The position numbers and the translations under genes are program-made. From positions 17,422,001-17,486,000 of the forward strand of contig OZ024755.1 of assembly GCA_964016885.1 (NCBI GenBank): a stretch of 64,000 bases of DNA. Reading direction: 5' to 3'. Positions 24,587 through 37,328 of the stretch are shown here, piece by piece. A model generated the notes under the pieces. It had not been told where the DNA came from, made no database searches, and saw only the letters and a program-made list of their open reading frames with translations. The DNA is from Eledone cirrhosa. Taxonomy: Eukaryota. Position 1 is the stretch's first letter. Every line of letters starts with the position of its first letter.

Positions 24587-25068
24587 GACTTCTTCAGTGA
24601 TATGGAAGGGCATCGGGCATTGCTAGATTCTTTGGCTGAGCAGTGTGACCAAAGTATGCGTGAGCAACACAGAGCAGAACACCAGCGCCTGAGTACCCTT
24701 ACAGATGAAGTGAAGGATAAAGCAAATCTCTATGGACAGCACTTGGATCGTTTAGTAAAACAGTGGGTTGCTTTCAATGTCCAGTTTGTACAGTTGAAAG
24801 AAGAAATTGCAAACATTGAGAATAGCTGGGCACCTCTGTCAAATAAGACAAGTACAGATGTCTCCTTGCAGGCAATCAGAGAGAGGAAAGAAAAATGCAA
24901 AGAGATTCAAATTGAAATGTCTCGTGTTCAGCCACAGGTGTTTCACATACTTAAAGAAGGCAAGAATCTACTCCAACAAATCAACAGTTCATCTCTAGAA
25001 AATAATGTAACATCTATTGCTAGTACTTGGGCACATCTACATTCACAAATTACTGACTCAAATAGTGG
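24587..25068 (+). CDS. SYNE1: Nesprin-1-like exon I (DFFSDMEGHRALLDSL...ITDSNSG)
   Basis: T-tract+aag acceptor, gtatgt donor, 482 nt, phase 0/2; the split GG|T codon is completed by exon J. Confidence 0.9.
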
Positions 25069-25884
25069 GTATGTAAAGATTATATTTTATCTTTTTTGTT
25101 TATCATATTTGTATTGTCTATTCAAATGGTATTAGTGAAGGCACCTGGCTTAGTAGTTAGAGAATTGGATTTGCAGTTGTGAGGTTGTGAGTTCAATTCC
25201 TGAACCAAACGATGTCTTATATCCTTCATTAGTGTCTGCAGTTCTGTTTACATGCCAATACTAGAGCAAGAATATATCATGACTCGTACACTATTCACTT
25301 CCCTGACATTTGTATATTATTCTATGTACTATACATGCACTTTCGACGAGTTGTAGTGCTCCCGAGCACTGTACACAATAATTTCATTATTATTATTATT
25401 ATTTAAAGGAAATAGACATGACAAAGAATTGTAACTGTTTTAGAAATATCTTTGACAACTTTGTAATGAAGATAATAGACAGGAAGATAGTTTGAAACTA
25501 TTCTGTGATCCCATCGTAGTATATTCTAAAATATAACAGACAGCAGCAGGAAAAGATTAAATAAAGAACTATTGATATTACAATATTGAAACCAATGTCT
25601 AAAATATATTAAAGCAATTTAGCATATTGGTGAACATTAATGATAAATTGGAAGCAGTCGTGATCAAACTGAATTTGACAGATCATAAGCTCAATCAGAT
25701 AGTCATCAAAATAAATGAAATAATGTCTGAATTATATTGATCTAGTTATACGCTAAATTAGATGAACTGTTTTCTAAGTCGACTTTTTCAAAGTCTAAAT
25801 TTAATTATAGAATAAATTAAAAATTGATAATAAATATATAAAATTACTTGTTTAAATCTATATTTCTGGCATGAGAGAGGAAGC

Positions 25885-26563
25885 TATACACATATATACA
25901 AACATACATATATACATAACTACATATAAACACATATTCACACATTGGATCACAGGCATACACTCACACATACATATATGCCTACATACAAACGCACTCA
26001 TATGTACATGCCTACATACAAACACATATATGCACACAGTGGATCACAGACACACACTTACACACTCACACACACATATATGTACATGCCTACATATAAA
26101 CATACATATACAAACACACACGCACAGAGACACACACTCATACACACATATGTACATGCCTAAATATAAACATACACACACACACAGACAAACACTCAGA
26201 CACACATATGTACATGCCTACATATAAACATACATATACAAACACACACACTCACACACACACACACATGTACATGCCTACATATAAACATACATATACA
26301 AACACATTCACACACACACATATGTACATACCTACATATAAACATACATATACAAACACATACACAGACACACACTTGCACACACAAATATGTACATGTC
26401 TACACACAAACACATACACAGACACACACACATGAACATGCCTACACACACACACACACGCACATATGAACATACCTACACACACACACATGTACATGCC
26501 TACATACAAACACATATACTGACACACACACACATACACACACATGTACATGCTTACATAATG

Positions 26564-26594
<31 letters not shown>

Positions 26595-27005
26595 TACATA
26601 TGTACATGCCTACATACAAACACATATACAGACACACACACATACATAATCACACACACATGTACATGCCTACGTACAAATACAGATACATACACTGTAG
26701 CTCACAGACACACACTTACACACACCCATATGTACATGCCTACACACACAGACACACACTTACACACACCCATACGTACATGCCTACACACACAGACACA
26801 CACTTACACACACCCATACGTACATGCCTACACACACAGACACACACTTACACACACCCATACGTACATGCCTACACACACAGACACACACTTACACACA
26901 CCCATATGTACATGCCTACACACAGAGACACACACTTACACACACACACACACACTTACACACACACACACACACTTACACACACACTTACACACACAAA
27001 CATGT
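25885..27005. repeat. CA-rich minisatellite with tgtacatgcctaca core
   Basis: direct reading. Confidence 0.9.
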
Positions 27006-27199
27006 GTATATAATACACTTTTACACCATTTCTGTCTGCTTTCCATTTCTAAACTATTTAGTAACAAGGCATATTATTATTTAAACATTTAGCATTATTT
27101 TATAGGAAAAACATATTCCATTTTTCTTCTCCTATATTCCAATATTCCATTCTGTTTCAGTAGTCACAGAATACCGCAGTGTATAAATCTGTATAATGT

Positions 27200-27485
27200 T
27201 TCTTCTTCTTGTCGTGTCCACAAGAGTATCAGTTATAAAGCTTGGCTAGATGTCCTTTCTCATTAAATTCTGCCAAGTCTAATGCTGTGCAGGGGTGTTC
27301 CAGCAGACAGCTTATCAGGAGGTGCTGCATAGTCTGTGGTTCGATGCCGCAGCCACACACAATGTCCCCATCCTTTAAATATCCTCATTTTGCAAGATTG
27401 ACTTTTGCATGTTCAACACCAGATCTTAGTCTATTTAGGCATTTCCACACTGCATAGCTAGTATCTGCTCCAGGGGGGCAGTGCC
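27200..27485 (-). mobile_element. Vingi/Ingi-like (I group) LINE 3' end
   Basis: minus strand PPGA...WKCLNRLRSG...LAK*GY....CGCG.EPQTMQHLL.SC; ends ggacacgacaagaagaagaa. Confidence 0.7.
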
Positions 27486-27499
27486 ACATTTGCATTTAT

Positions 27500-27912
27500 A
27501 TATATTTGAAAAAAAGGAAAAGAATGACTTTACTTGTAGTTCTAAATAATTTGATTTAATTTTATAATATTATGAGTTGGTAGATCTATGAAGTTCTTTG
27601 TTAACTTCGGTGGGAAGAATTTTAAAGATTCCTGGTTAACTTTCTTGGAGAACTTTCTCACATTCATTGGTGGTGATTGTCAAACTGAGATCAGGTTGAC
27701 AATCACCACCAATGAATGCAAGAAAGTTCTCCAAGAAAGTTAACCAGGAATCTTTAAAATTCTTCCCACCAAAGTTAACAAAGAACTTCATAGATCTACC
27801 AACTCATAATATTATAAAATTAAATCAAATTATTTAGAACTACAAGTGAAGACATTATTTCCCTTTTTTTCAAATATATCTAACTGTACCAAGGATCTCA
27901 CACATTTTCCAA
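27500..27912. mobile_element. Fold-back element with ~183-bp inverted arms, 12-nt spacer and short 3' tail
   Basis: 27501-27683 is the reverse complement of 27696-27879; (TA)n flanks. Confidence 0.65.
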
Positions 27913-28104
27913 TATATATATATATAGGGTCTTGAGCATATATGGTTTTTTTTAACCAATTGACTTGGTAAGATGCAGGTCTACTGTTTCTGGAAAACCA
28001 TTTAAGGATTCCTGAGAAAATAAATTTAGAAACCAAAAAGGGCAAACTGTCCAAGTATTTGCCACTCTCTGATAGGTTTATGGTAGAGCCTGAAATAGTG
28101 GAGA

Positions 28105-28287
28105 TTGCCAAGTGTTCTTGGCCCCCAGACCACATCCCTGCTCACTGCTATCGGAGAAGAGCTGGCTGCATGCAGGTGCGAGCCCCATGAGGTGGAGTGG
28201 CTGTTCTGGCACATCTCCCTTGCCATCCGCTGGGGCAATGTATTCTCCATCCTGTCGGCTGGGACCAAGAAGCAGAGGGTAAGTTAG
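28105..28287 (+). mobile_element. CRE-like (RLE-type) non-LTR retrotransposon C-terminal fragment
   Basis: LGPQTTSLLTAIGEEL...EWLFWHISLAIRWGNVFSIL resembles the 'QRISLAIQRGNA..IL' terminus. Confidence 0.65.
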
Positions 28288-28694
28288 TTGGAGGTGGAGG
28301 TCACTAGTTCCAACATCACACATATACACATATACAAAATTACTTTATCTAAGAGATAAATTGTAGAGTTTTGTGTAGTATAATGACTGCAGTATTCTCA
28401 TGTTTCAATTTAAGGCATCAAAACTAAGAGGTTATTACTGTGTTCCACTATATTTATGTAAATAAACTATTTGAACAGTTAGTTTTATATGAGTTAAGTT
28501 GGTGGTAGCGGTGGTGATATTAATTGCCACTGCTGTGTTTATTGCAAACTCTTCATTATTGACACTAAACGTCTATTGTTAGAAAATAAAGATATTTAAA
28601 CAGTTTAAATGTTAAACTAAACTGAAAAATAGTAATGAAAATATATTGCCTAAAAGTTTCTCTGCTTGTGACAATAATATCTTAATAATTTCAG

Positions 28695-28857
28695 TCTTGA
28701 AGATTTATATTCCCAAGTAGAACAGTACAACGCTAGTGCTTCTCTCATGTGTACTTGGTTGGACACAGCTAAGATCAAGCTTGCAACTCTTGGACAGCTT
28801 TCAGAAGAAGACAGTCAGAATATTAGCATTATTCGCAATAAAATGGAGAAATTATTG
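28695..28857 (+). CDS. SYNE1: Nesprin-1-like exon J (LEDLYSQVEQYNASASLMCTWLDTAK...MEKLL)
   Basis: atttcag acceptor, gtgagt donor, 163 nt, phase 2/0, matching exon I. Confidence 0.9.
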
Positions 28858-29794
28858 GTGAGTTATAATAAAGATAAATATTTCTATTTGTTTGTTATCT
28901 CTGTCTGTTTGTTTTGTCATAGTTATCAGTAGCTATTATACAAATATTATATTTTATAATTTGATATTCTCTATCATAAAACTAATATTGTGTATTAGAT
29001 TTTCTCATCTAACCTTCTGCATCAGTTGATTTATTTACTGATTTCATTATTACAAATGTCCACTATAAACAGTTTGAAAGCACCAAATGTCCATTACGGA
29101 TTTTTTTTTTAGTAGTTCTAAGTTACCTTTTACAAGTTTCTATGTTTTATCTGAGCAGTGGTTTGGTAGAATTGTTAGAACATCAATAGAGTTCTTTGTG
29201 GTATTTGTTGCAGCTTTCTGTGCTCTGAGTTCAAAACCAGCCAAGGTCAACATTTCAATTCTTCCAGTCTAGCACTGGGGTTGAAGCTTCCTCTATATCT
29301 CTTTCTCACTAATGTTATCTCACTCTCTATATCCTTCTCTGGAAAGAAATCTGCTGTATTCAGACCTGGAGAGGAGATGGTCTCCTCCAGGTTTAAAAGT
29401 GCTGTATATCAGTACGGTGACCCTACGATTCCCTCAGGAGTTATAGACCATGCATGCAAGCTACCTTTCACAAGTTTCTATGTTCTATCTAAGCAGTAAA
29501 TTGGCAGAGTCATTAAAAGATCAATAGAGCATTTTGTCGTATTAGAGCTATGAGTTCAATACCTGCCAAGGTCAACATTTCCTTTCATCTTTATGAGTTA
29601 AATGAAAAAGGTACCAGTCAAGTACTGGGGCTGATTCTTCCTCTATATTCTCTTTCTCACTTCCTCTTTATCCCTATCTTTCCTCTACAAGAAATCAGTT
29701 GTATTCAGATATGGAGTGATATCGGCTGTGCCAGGTTTAAAATACCTAAGTGTGCCACTACTCCATCCTTATGACTCCAAGAGGAGTTACAGGT

Positions 29795-29842
<48 letters not shown>

Positions 29843-29843
29843 T

Positions 29844-30237
29844 GGAGGCACATAGCTTAGTGGTTAGAGCATTGGCCTTGCAATTGAAAGGTTGTGAGTT
29901 CAATTCTCAGACCGGGTGATGTGTTGTTTCCTTGAGCAAGACACTTTATTTGACATTGCTCCAGTTTACTCAGCTGTAGAAATGAGATGATAGGACTGGG
30001 GTCCCTATCATTCCACTGCAAAGTGGTCATGGTGGAGGTGCCATGACAAAAAAGCACCCAGCCCACACTGTAAAGTGGACATGTAGGCGGCGCCATGGCA
30101 AAAAAAGCACCCAGCAGTCACTGTAAATGAGGTTGGTGTTAGGAAGGGCATCCAGCTGTAGAAATCAAGTCAGAATCAGTTCCCGTTCCACCCTTGCAAG
30201 CAAGGAAAAGTGGACGTAAAATGATGATGATGATGAT
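29844..30237 (+). mobile_element. SINE B with internal duplication
   Basis: near-identical to 7007 and 63674 copies; (atg)n tail. Confidence 0.85.
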
Positions 30238-31441
30238 ATATATATGTATATACAAATTCTATCTGAATCCTGCAGAAAACCATCTAAGTAGATATTAGTC
30301 AGTTTACTGGTATTTGAATGAAAATTTCTGAATATTCAGAGTGATAAGTTCAAGATTTATTCTTTTACAAATCTTTATATCTTCAGTATATAAACAGGTT
30401 TTGAATATTATAAGAAATATGCCTATGGTAGTGCCTGGTTGTTTCAGTGCCTTAGCCTTGCCCATGTTGGCTTGCCTCAAAAATTTCCATAGACCTTTGT
30501 GGTGTGATGTGTAACCAACTGGTGCACTTGGTAATGAAATGATGGTTGTTTTTGTTTGTTTGCGCTTTTTTGTTATTATTTTTTTCTGTGATCATATATT
30601 TTTCAGCATTATTTTTGGAAGTTCCAAGCAATAATTGATTGTATTTATTATATGTGTTTATATTTTCATTTTGTAAGAATTATAAATAATTTGTAATGTT
30701 ATTTATACAACTGTGTAAGCATAAAAAATATACTATTATACATTTGATTCTAAGAAAGAGTAATTAACTGCTTGGATAAGTAATGTGGACATTAATTAGG
30801 ATCTAAAAATGTAAATTATGTTAACAGTGCAATGAGTTATATCTGAGGATGGAAATAGAGTCGGTGATAAATGTTGTGAAGAGAAATGGAATGAGATGAT
30901 TGTGCTCACTGTGTTAACAAAAGATCAAAGTGACTGGGTGAGAGAAATAATGAAAATGAATATGAAATTAATTAGAGCAGAAGAGACCAATAAAGACATA
31001 GCTGGAGAAGGAACGGAGTATCAGTGGGTGTGTGAGGGAAGGAGGTGTGCAGACAATAAGTCAAATTTAAGAAATTTGTCATGTGAACTGTTTGGATGAT
31101 ATCTGATTAAGCAAGGAAAATGGACTTAAAATGTTTGTGGTTTGTGAATATTAATTTTGGACATTTAGTGTACATCAAAATAGAATATGTAATATTACAA
31201 AGAGATATTTTGATTTATTAAACCTAGTGTCCTCATCTTGGTTGTTATATTCATAACATTTTGGTAATTGTACCTTCTGGCTCTCTTCAGGTAGTGCAAC
31301 AGCTGAAATGTTGGGGTTATGATAACTAAAATAAGGACAGTTATAATAAATCAATATATAACAATTAGAATTTCTCATCTCAGAAATTCAGACAAAATCT
31401 CAGCAATAAATAATCTTACATTAATACCTATTCAACTGAAA

Positions 31442-32065
31442 TTATTGTTTCTACTATTGGCACAAGGCCAGCAATTACCCAGTACATTACTGGTACTTTA
31501 TTTTATCGACCCTGTGAGGATGAAAGGCAAAGTTAACCTTGGCGGGATTGAACTCAGAATGGCAAGGGTCGTAACTCTATGCGTCAAAGCATGGCGTCCG
31601 ACCCTCTACCGATACTGCCAAATAATGATTTCTTATTTAGGCACAAGGCCAATAATTTGTGGGGAGGAGAAAGGTGATTAAATCGCCCTCAGTGCATTAC
31701 TGGTACTTTATTTTATCAACCCTGTAAGGATGAAAGGCAAAGTTAACCTCAGTAGAATTTGAACTCAGAACATAAATGGCCATAACTGAATGCTGCAAAG
31801 CATGTTGTCCAATGCTCTACCAATAATACCCATCTACTGCCCTCTTATACTATGAAATATGGGTTTCTGATTTAAGCACAAGGCTAACATTGTTCGGGAA
31901 GGGGAAAATCACTTAATTCTGTGCTTTACTGGTACTTTATTTTATCAATCACATAAAAATAAAAGACAAAACTAACCATGGCAGGATTTGAACTCAAAAT
32001 GTAAAGAGCTGTAACTATATGCTGCAAAGCATATTGTTCAATGTTCTACTGGTACTGCCAATCCC
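31442..32065 (-). mobile_element. Three tandem SINE A copies
   Basis: reverse-complement matches at ~31442-31621, 31625-31841, 31862-32065. Confidence 0.83.
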
Positions 32066-32102
32066 CTATATTGGCTGTAATAATAATAATGTTAAAAGCA
32101 CT

Positions 32103-32310
32103 TTAACCCTTTAGCATTTAAACCGACCATATCCGGCCACAATCCTCTCACCTCTTTCTGTTCAAACTGGCCACTTATGATGATATTTAGGTATTGTTCT
32201 CAAAATAAATACTATCAAATTCTCATAGCTTTGATATTATGTGAAATAAAGCCTTTACAATGAAAATACAATAGTATATATATATAGTAATGTAAATGCT
32301 AAAGGGTTAA
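32103..32310. mobile_element. piggyBac-type MITE
   Basis: TTAA-ccctttagcattta...taaatgctaaaggg-TTAA. Confidence 0.85.
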
Positions 32311-32580
32311 GTAAATTATTGCTGGGTAGATTAATGAGTAAACACAGCAAAATTATTTTTATTTCTTTCCTTTATTTCATTTAATTGTCAACCCATACAA
32401 TACATATAGCTTTTATGTATAAAATGTTAATATATTGGCTCGTCAGGTACGAAATTTGTAGAAAAAAAAACAAATTTCTACAAATTTCATACTTGACGAC
32501 CCAATAGTTATAATCTCTGTTAAAATATAATGCAATTTTATTTTACTTTCAGTATCTTTTAATAATTTATTTTTATATAT

Positions 32581-32780
32581 NNNNNNNNNNNNNNNNNNNN
32601 NNNNNNNNNNNNNNNNNNNNNNNNNNNNNNNNNNNNNNNNNNNNNNNNNNNNNNNNNNNNNNNNNNNNNNNNNNNNNNNNNNNNNNNNNNNNNNNNNNNN
32701 NNNNNNNNNNNNNNNNNNNNNNNNNNNNNNNNNNNNNNNNNNNNNNNNNNNNNNNNNNNNNNNNNNNNNNNNNNNNNNNN
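32581..32780. other. Assembly gap (200 N), followed by a GA-rich repeat to ~33190
   Basis: N run. Confidence 1.
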
Positions 32781-33477
32781 AGACATAACGACAGAGAAAG
32801 AGGGAGAGAGACACATAAAGACACAGAGGCGGGAGAGAGAGATAAAGACAGGAGGAGAGAAAGAGACGTAAATACAGAGAGAGAGAGAGAGAGAGATAAA
32901 GATAGACAAAGTGACATAAAGACAAAGAGAGAGATAAAGACAGAGAGAGAGAGAGAGATAAAGACAGAGAGAGAGAGAGAGAGAGATAAAGATAGAGACG
33001 AAGCGACATAAAGACAGGGAGAGAGGGAGATAAAGAGGAAGAGACATAAAGACAGAGAGAGAGAGACATAAAGATAGAGACAGAGCGACATAAAGACACA
33101 GAGAGAGAGAGATAGAGAGGAAGAGACATAAAGACAGAGAGAGGAAGAGAGAGACTGACAGAGAAAGACAGACAAATAGGCAGAGAGAGAAAGAAACTAT
33201 TATACATCCATTACATTTTCATCCTGAATTTTTATTAACTCAGAATGGTAATTAATGTTTTGGTTATTTCCATTCATACCTCAAATCTTTTCAGCTTTAC
33301 AATTCACAGGTTACTTTTTCAGAATAATATCTTTTTTTTTTTTTTATATTTTATATCAATCTAGATAGAATTTCACATTTAATGTATGTAACAAGTTTGA
33401 GAGATTTACACAGAAGCAGGTTGGCCATGAACCTTTAATTTCATTTCATTTCCTTATTAACTTCTTTTTTTTTTCAG

Positions 33478-33810
33478 GGTTTCAAAATAGAGCTTGAAAA
33501 TAAACAGCTTACTTTAGATTTTGTCAATCAGTATGTGTTAAAGCCATCTAATGAAGATTCCCCTAGTGCACATGCTGAGAAAGCTGAATTTGCAGAAAAA
33601 TTGTCAGATTTGAATGAACAATGGACTAAAGTGAATGAAGAGTTAATGGCAAATCTTGCTATGCTTACAACACTTTCTGATAAGTGGGAAGAATTTGAAA
33701 ATCTTCATCAAGATCTTTCTAACTGGTTTGTTGAATTAAATGACAGAATAAAAAAGCATGAATTAATTGGAATGGAGGTAAATGTGAATCACAGCATCAA
33801 AGAATGTCAG
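33478..33810 (+). CDS. SYNE1: Nesprin-1-like exon K (GFKIELENKQLTLDFVNQ...IKECQ)
   Basis: T-tract+cag acceptor, gtaagt donor, 333 nt; 'QLTLDFVNQ...AEFAEKL' recalls vertebrate nesprin-1. Confidence 0.92.
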
Positions 33811-34077
33811 GTAAGTTTAACTCTTTAGCATTTACATTACTCCGTATTTACTATCATCATCACCGTTTTACGTCCGTTCTTCTATGCTAGCATGGGTTAG
33901 ACGGGTGGTCCTGTTGTGAGCTGACCATGTCTTGCTCATACGGGAACTGATTCTGGCTTGATTTCTACAGCTGGATGCCCTTCCTAACACCAAATAACTA
34001 TATTCTAATAACTATATTCTACCTAATTTAATTAATTACAGTAAATATTTTTAACATATTTATCATTATTATTGCTG

Positions 34078-34264
34078 GATTGGCAGTATCGGTAGAGGGT
34101 CGGACGCCATGCTTTGATGCATGGAGTTACGGCCCTTGCCATTCTGAGTTCAAATCCCGCCGAGGTTAACTTTGCCTTTCATCCTTATGGGGTCGATAAA
34201 ATAAAGTACCAGTAATACACTGGGTAATTGCTGGCCTTGTGCCAAAAGTAGAAACAATTATTAT
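34078..34264 (+). mobile_element. SINE A with TSD attattattgctg
   Basis: near-consensus copy with direct repeat on both sides. Confidence 0.88.
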
Positions 34265-34293
34265 TGCTGTTTTTGTTGTTGTTGTTGTTGTAG

Positions 34294-34629
34294 GCTCTTC
34301 ATGAAAAATTATTGTCTAAGGAAGCAGATGTTGACAAACTAAAGCAACTTGGAGATGAGTTGATGCAACTTAAACGTGCACCTTCTGGAAGCAAGAAAAT
34401 GGCCAAAGAGAAGGTTGATGAAACTCTCAAAGAATGGCAGAAAACTAATAACCAACTTACACAACAGGAAAAATATTTAAATAATGTCAAAAACAAATGG
34501 AATGAATTTTCTACAGAAAAAGCTGTGGTCCTTAACTTGTTAACAGAGTTGGAATACTATCTCGGTAGTAACAGCAACTTAACTATTGGGGACTACCATA
34601 CACTTAAAATACAGATCTCAAAACTGAAG
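34294..34629 (+). CDS. SYNE1: Nesprin-1-like exon L (ALHEKLLSKEADVDKLKQLGDEL...ISKLK)
   Basis: (gtt)n tag acceptor, gtaata donor, 336 nt, phase 0/0; spectrin repeat. Confidence 0.9.
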
Positions 34630-34651
34630 GTAATAATCTTTCTCACTCTAT

Positions 34652-34712
<61 letters not shown>

Positions 34713-34807
34713 CACACTACCAAAATTAGATTAAAGATGCCATGTTTGATGTGTTTATTTTATATATATATGTCATTCGACTTTTATATATATATATATA
34801 TATATAT

Positions 34808-34989
34808 ATGGCTTCTGCAGGACTAGAACTGTTTCATTCAAAGGAAATCATCAGGAAAGCCCTGATGATTTCTTTCAAATGAAACAGTTGTCGTCCTGTA
34901 TTAAAAATGTATACTCTGCTACGTATTGAGTACCTACCTTACCTTACCTTACCTTACTTACTATGTGTACCCCCGATTGAACCCGGGGT

Positions 34990-34992
<3 letters not shown>
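34808..34992 (+). mobile_element. Fold-back element, family F, with hammerhead-like core (related copies ~12468-12532, ~16920-17068)
   Basis: CTGATGA-tttctttcaaat-GAAAC; inverted arm directly upstream; stem I not identifiable. Confidence 0.45.
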
Positions 34993-35075
<83 letters not shown>

Positions 35076-35128
35076 CACTCTCTCTCTCTCAACCTCTTCA
35101 CTATTTTAATATATTTGAATGTTATATA

Positions 35129-35326
35129 CAAAGGTCATCTGAAAAGTTCATAGGCTGACCAAGATACTCTCATGGAATGACCAAATGAGGTTTATTTTTC
35201 AGCATAGTCCCTGGAAATAAACAATGCAGTTATTACTAAGAAGAGTTGAAATTATTGCATGCAAGATTTCACAGATCTAGCACCACTTCTTCATAGTTAG
35301 TCTGTGAACTTTTAAGCTCACCCGCA
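35129..35326. mobile_element. ~200-bp mariner-type MITE
   Basis: colinear with 4433-4631; TA flanks. Confidence 0.75.
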
Positions 35327-35624
35327 TATGTTTATAGATATCGCCATAGTAACTAACTACACAGCAAGTGATACTTTCCCACCGATCTGATACTCCCAGC
35401 TTGTCACCAACCATTGTTGCAAACTTGTGTGTTCATTACTCAAGACACCGTTCATCACCTGAGACATTTTATGTTCAGAAAAATTGTTCGTGAACCGAGG
35501 TTCCACTGTATCAGTAACTCACTAAAGTTAAAAGAATTTCTGATAAACCTTTCCATACAAAAGAAATGGCTGTTCTTAGTAAATTTTCATTTTTATTTTA
35601 CTACATCATGCTTTCTCTTTACAG

Positions 35625-35758
35625 TCTCTTTCTGCTGAAATTCAACAAAAGGCTCCAAAACAAGAAAAAATGATTGCTGTTGCTACAGAGTTGCTCCAGG
35701 TTTGTGAAGCCCCTGTCAAACATGATATACAAAACACCACAAGTAACATACAAAACAG
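35625..35758 (+). CDS. SYNE1: Nesprin-1-like exon M (SLSAEIQQKAPKQEKMIAVATELLQVC...NIQNR)
   Basis: ctctttacag acceptor, gtttgg donor, 134 nt, phase 0/2; not in ORF track. Confidence 0.85.
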
Positions 35759-35922
35759 GTTGGTTTTATTGATTTTCATTTGTTTTGTAATGTTTAGATG
35801 AACTAATGTTCAAAGAACATACGCACACATACACACACCACACATACACATACACATACACACACATATGTTTTGGTATTTTCATTTTCACTTTTGCATT
35901 TTCCATTTATATTTTTCATCAG

Positions 35923-36115
35923 GTGGAAAACTTTAACTGCTGAACTCCAAGATCGAGCTAAGTTTCTGGAACAATGTCTGGATATGTGGAAAGCCTATGA
36001 TGACAAATATCTGTGCTTTAGCCAGGAAATGGCTCAGATTGAGAAATCATGGGATGAACTTGCACAGTGTTGTGTTGATGACAGCCAACTGAATACTAAC
36101 CTAACTACACTCGAG
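35923..36115 (+). CDS. SYNE1: Nesprin-1-like exon N (WKTLTAELQDRAKFLEQCLDMWKAY...LTTLE)
   Basis: ttttcatcag acceptor, gtactg donor, 193 nt, phase 2/0, matching exon M. Confidence 0.9.
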
Positions 36116-37217
36116 GTACTGCCATATATATATCTTCATCATTATCATCATCATTTTACGTCCGCTTTTCCCTGCTTGCAAGGGTGGGACAGGTCTTATT
36201 AAGCCCAGCATCTCTCCATTCGTCACAGTCCTTTGTCATCTCCTCCGTGAGCTTTAGCGATCTGAGGTCTGCTCTCACTCACGACTGCGTCGTCCTTCTT
36301 CTGATAAATTTTAATTTTAAGTGTGTCTTTAGGCTTCCATAAAATTTCAGTATTTGGATTGTTTATACTTTTTGCACTTTTACTGGAATTAACATATAAG
36401 TGGTTTGGCAAACCACTTACATGTTAATTCCACAAGCATGCTATTCCATTGTTCAAACAACTGGAGATGCTCATCCTCATGCGATTATACATAAGTGAGA
36501 TGCAGACCCACTGGCCTGTCTGAGAATTCAGTAACCCTGCTTCTGTCCTGACTTGGTCTATGTAGACATATCCAGTTCTTGCTAGTAGAGAAAGCATACA
36601 TTAAATGACAAGGATAATAGTTTTATTTGATGGAAAGTTAACAGCTCTGGCTTCACTATTGATTTGGTCTATGTAGACCCATCCAACACTTGCTAGCAAG
36701 GGAAGTGAACATTAAACGACGATGATAATGATGATGATAGACTGATTTGAGTGAAATTTGACAACTATTTCTAGTAGATCATATGACCAAGTGCCAAATA
36801 CCATCCTTCATTGGCTTGAATTGTATTTAGTTTCACTGATAAGTATTTTCTTTCAACAAAGAGTTTCTTGTTACTACAAAAGCAGTAATACACATCATAT
36901 TAATATAGGGTAGGGTATTAAATATAATACCCTACCGTAGTTAGATACACTGGTATGATGCACAAATCAAGCATATCATCAGTCATGTTCTAAAAATCAC
37001 TTTCCCCTCATTAACAATGTATTATTTTACTCCTGAAAAATCTGAAACCTTCGGCCTACCACCTACATTATCATACTTATCTCTTTTTTATTATGATACT
37101 AACAATTTTTTTTATTCTACTTTATGAACTTCCAAGCTATGTACTACCCTATAGCAGGACCAAATTTAGACCTCGGGGTTCCCAGCGTGGTTCAGATTTG
37201 ATGGACCCTCATATAAC

Positions 37218-37288
<71 letters not shown>

Positions 37289-37328
37289 GTATATGTATGT
37301 AGGTATGTATATATATATATATATATAT

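Noticed and set aside
32581-32780. Exon hidden in the assembly gap
   Set aside because: Exons J and K join in phase and read as a continuous nesprin-like repeat.
34930-34960. (TACCT)n as a telomeric repeat
   Set aside because: Short, not the molluscan TTAGGG, and part of a repeat-element tail.
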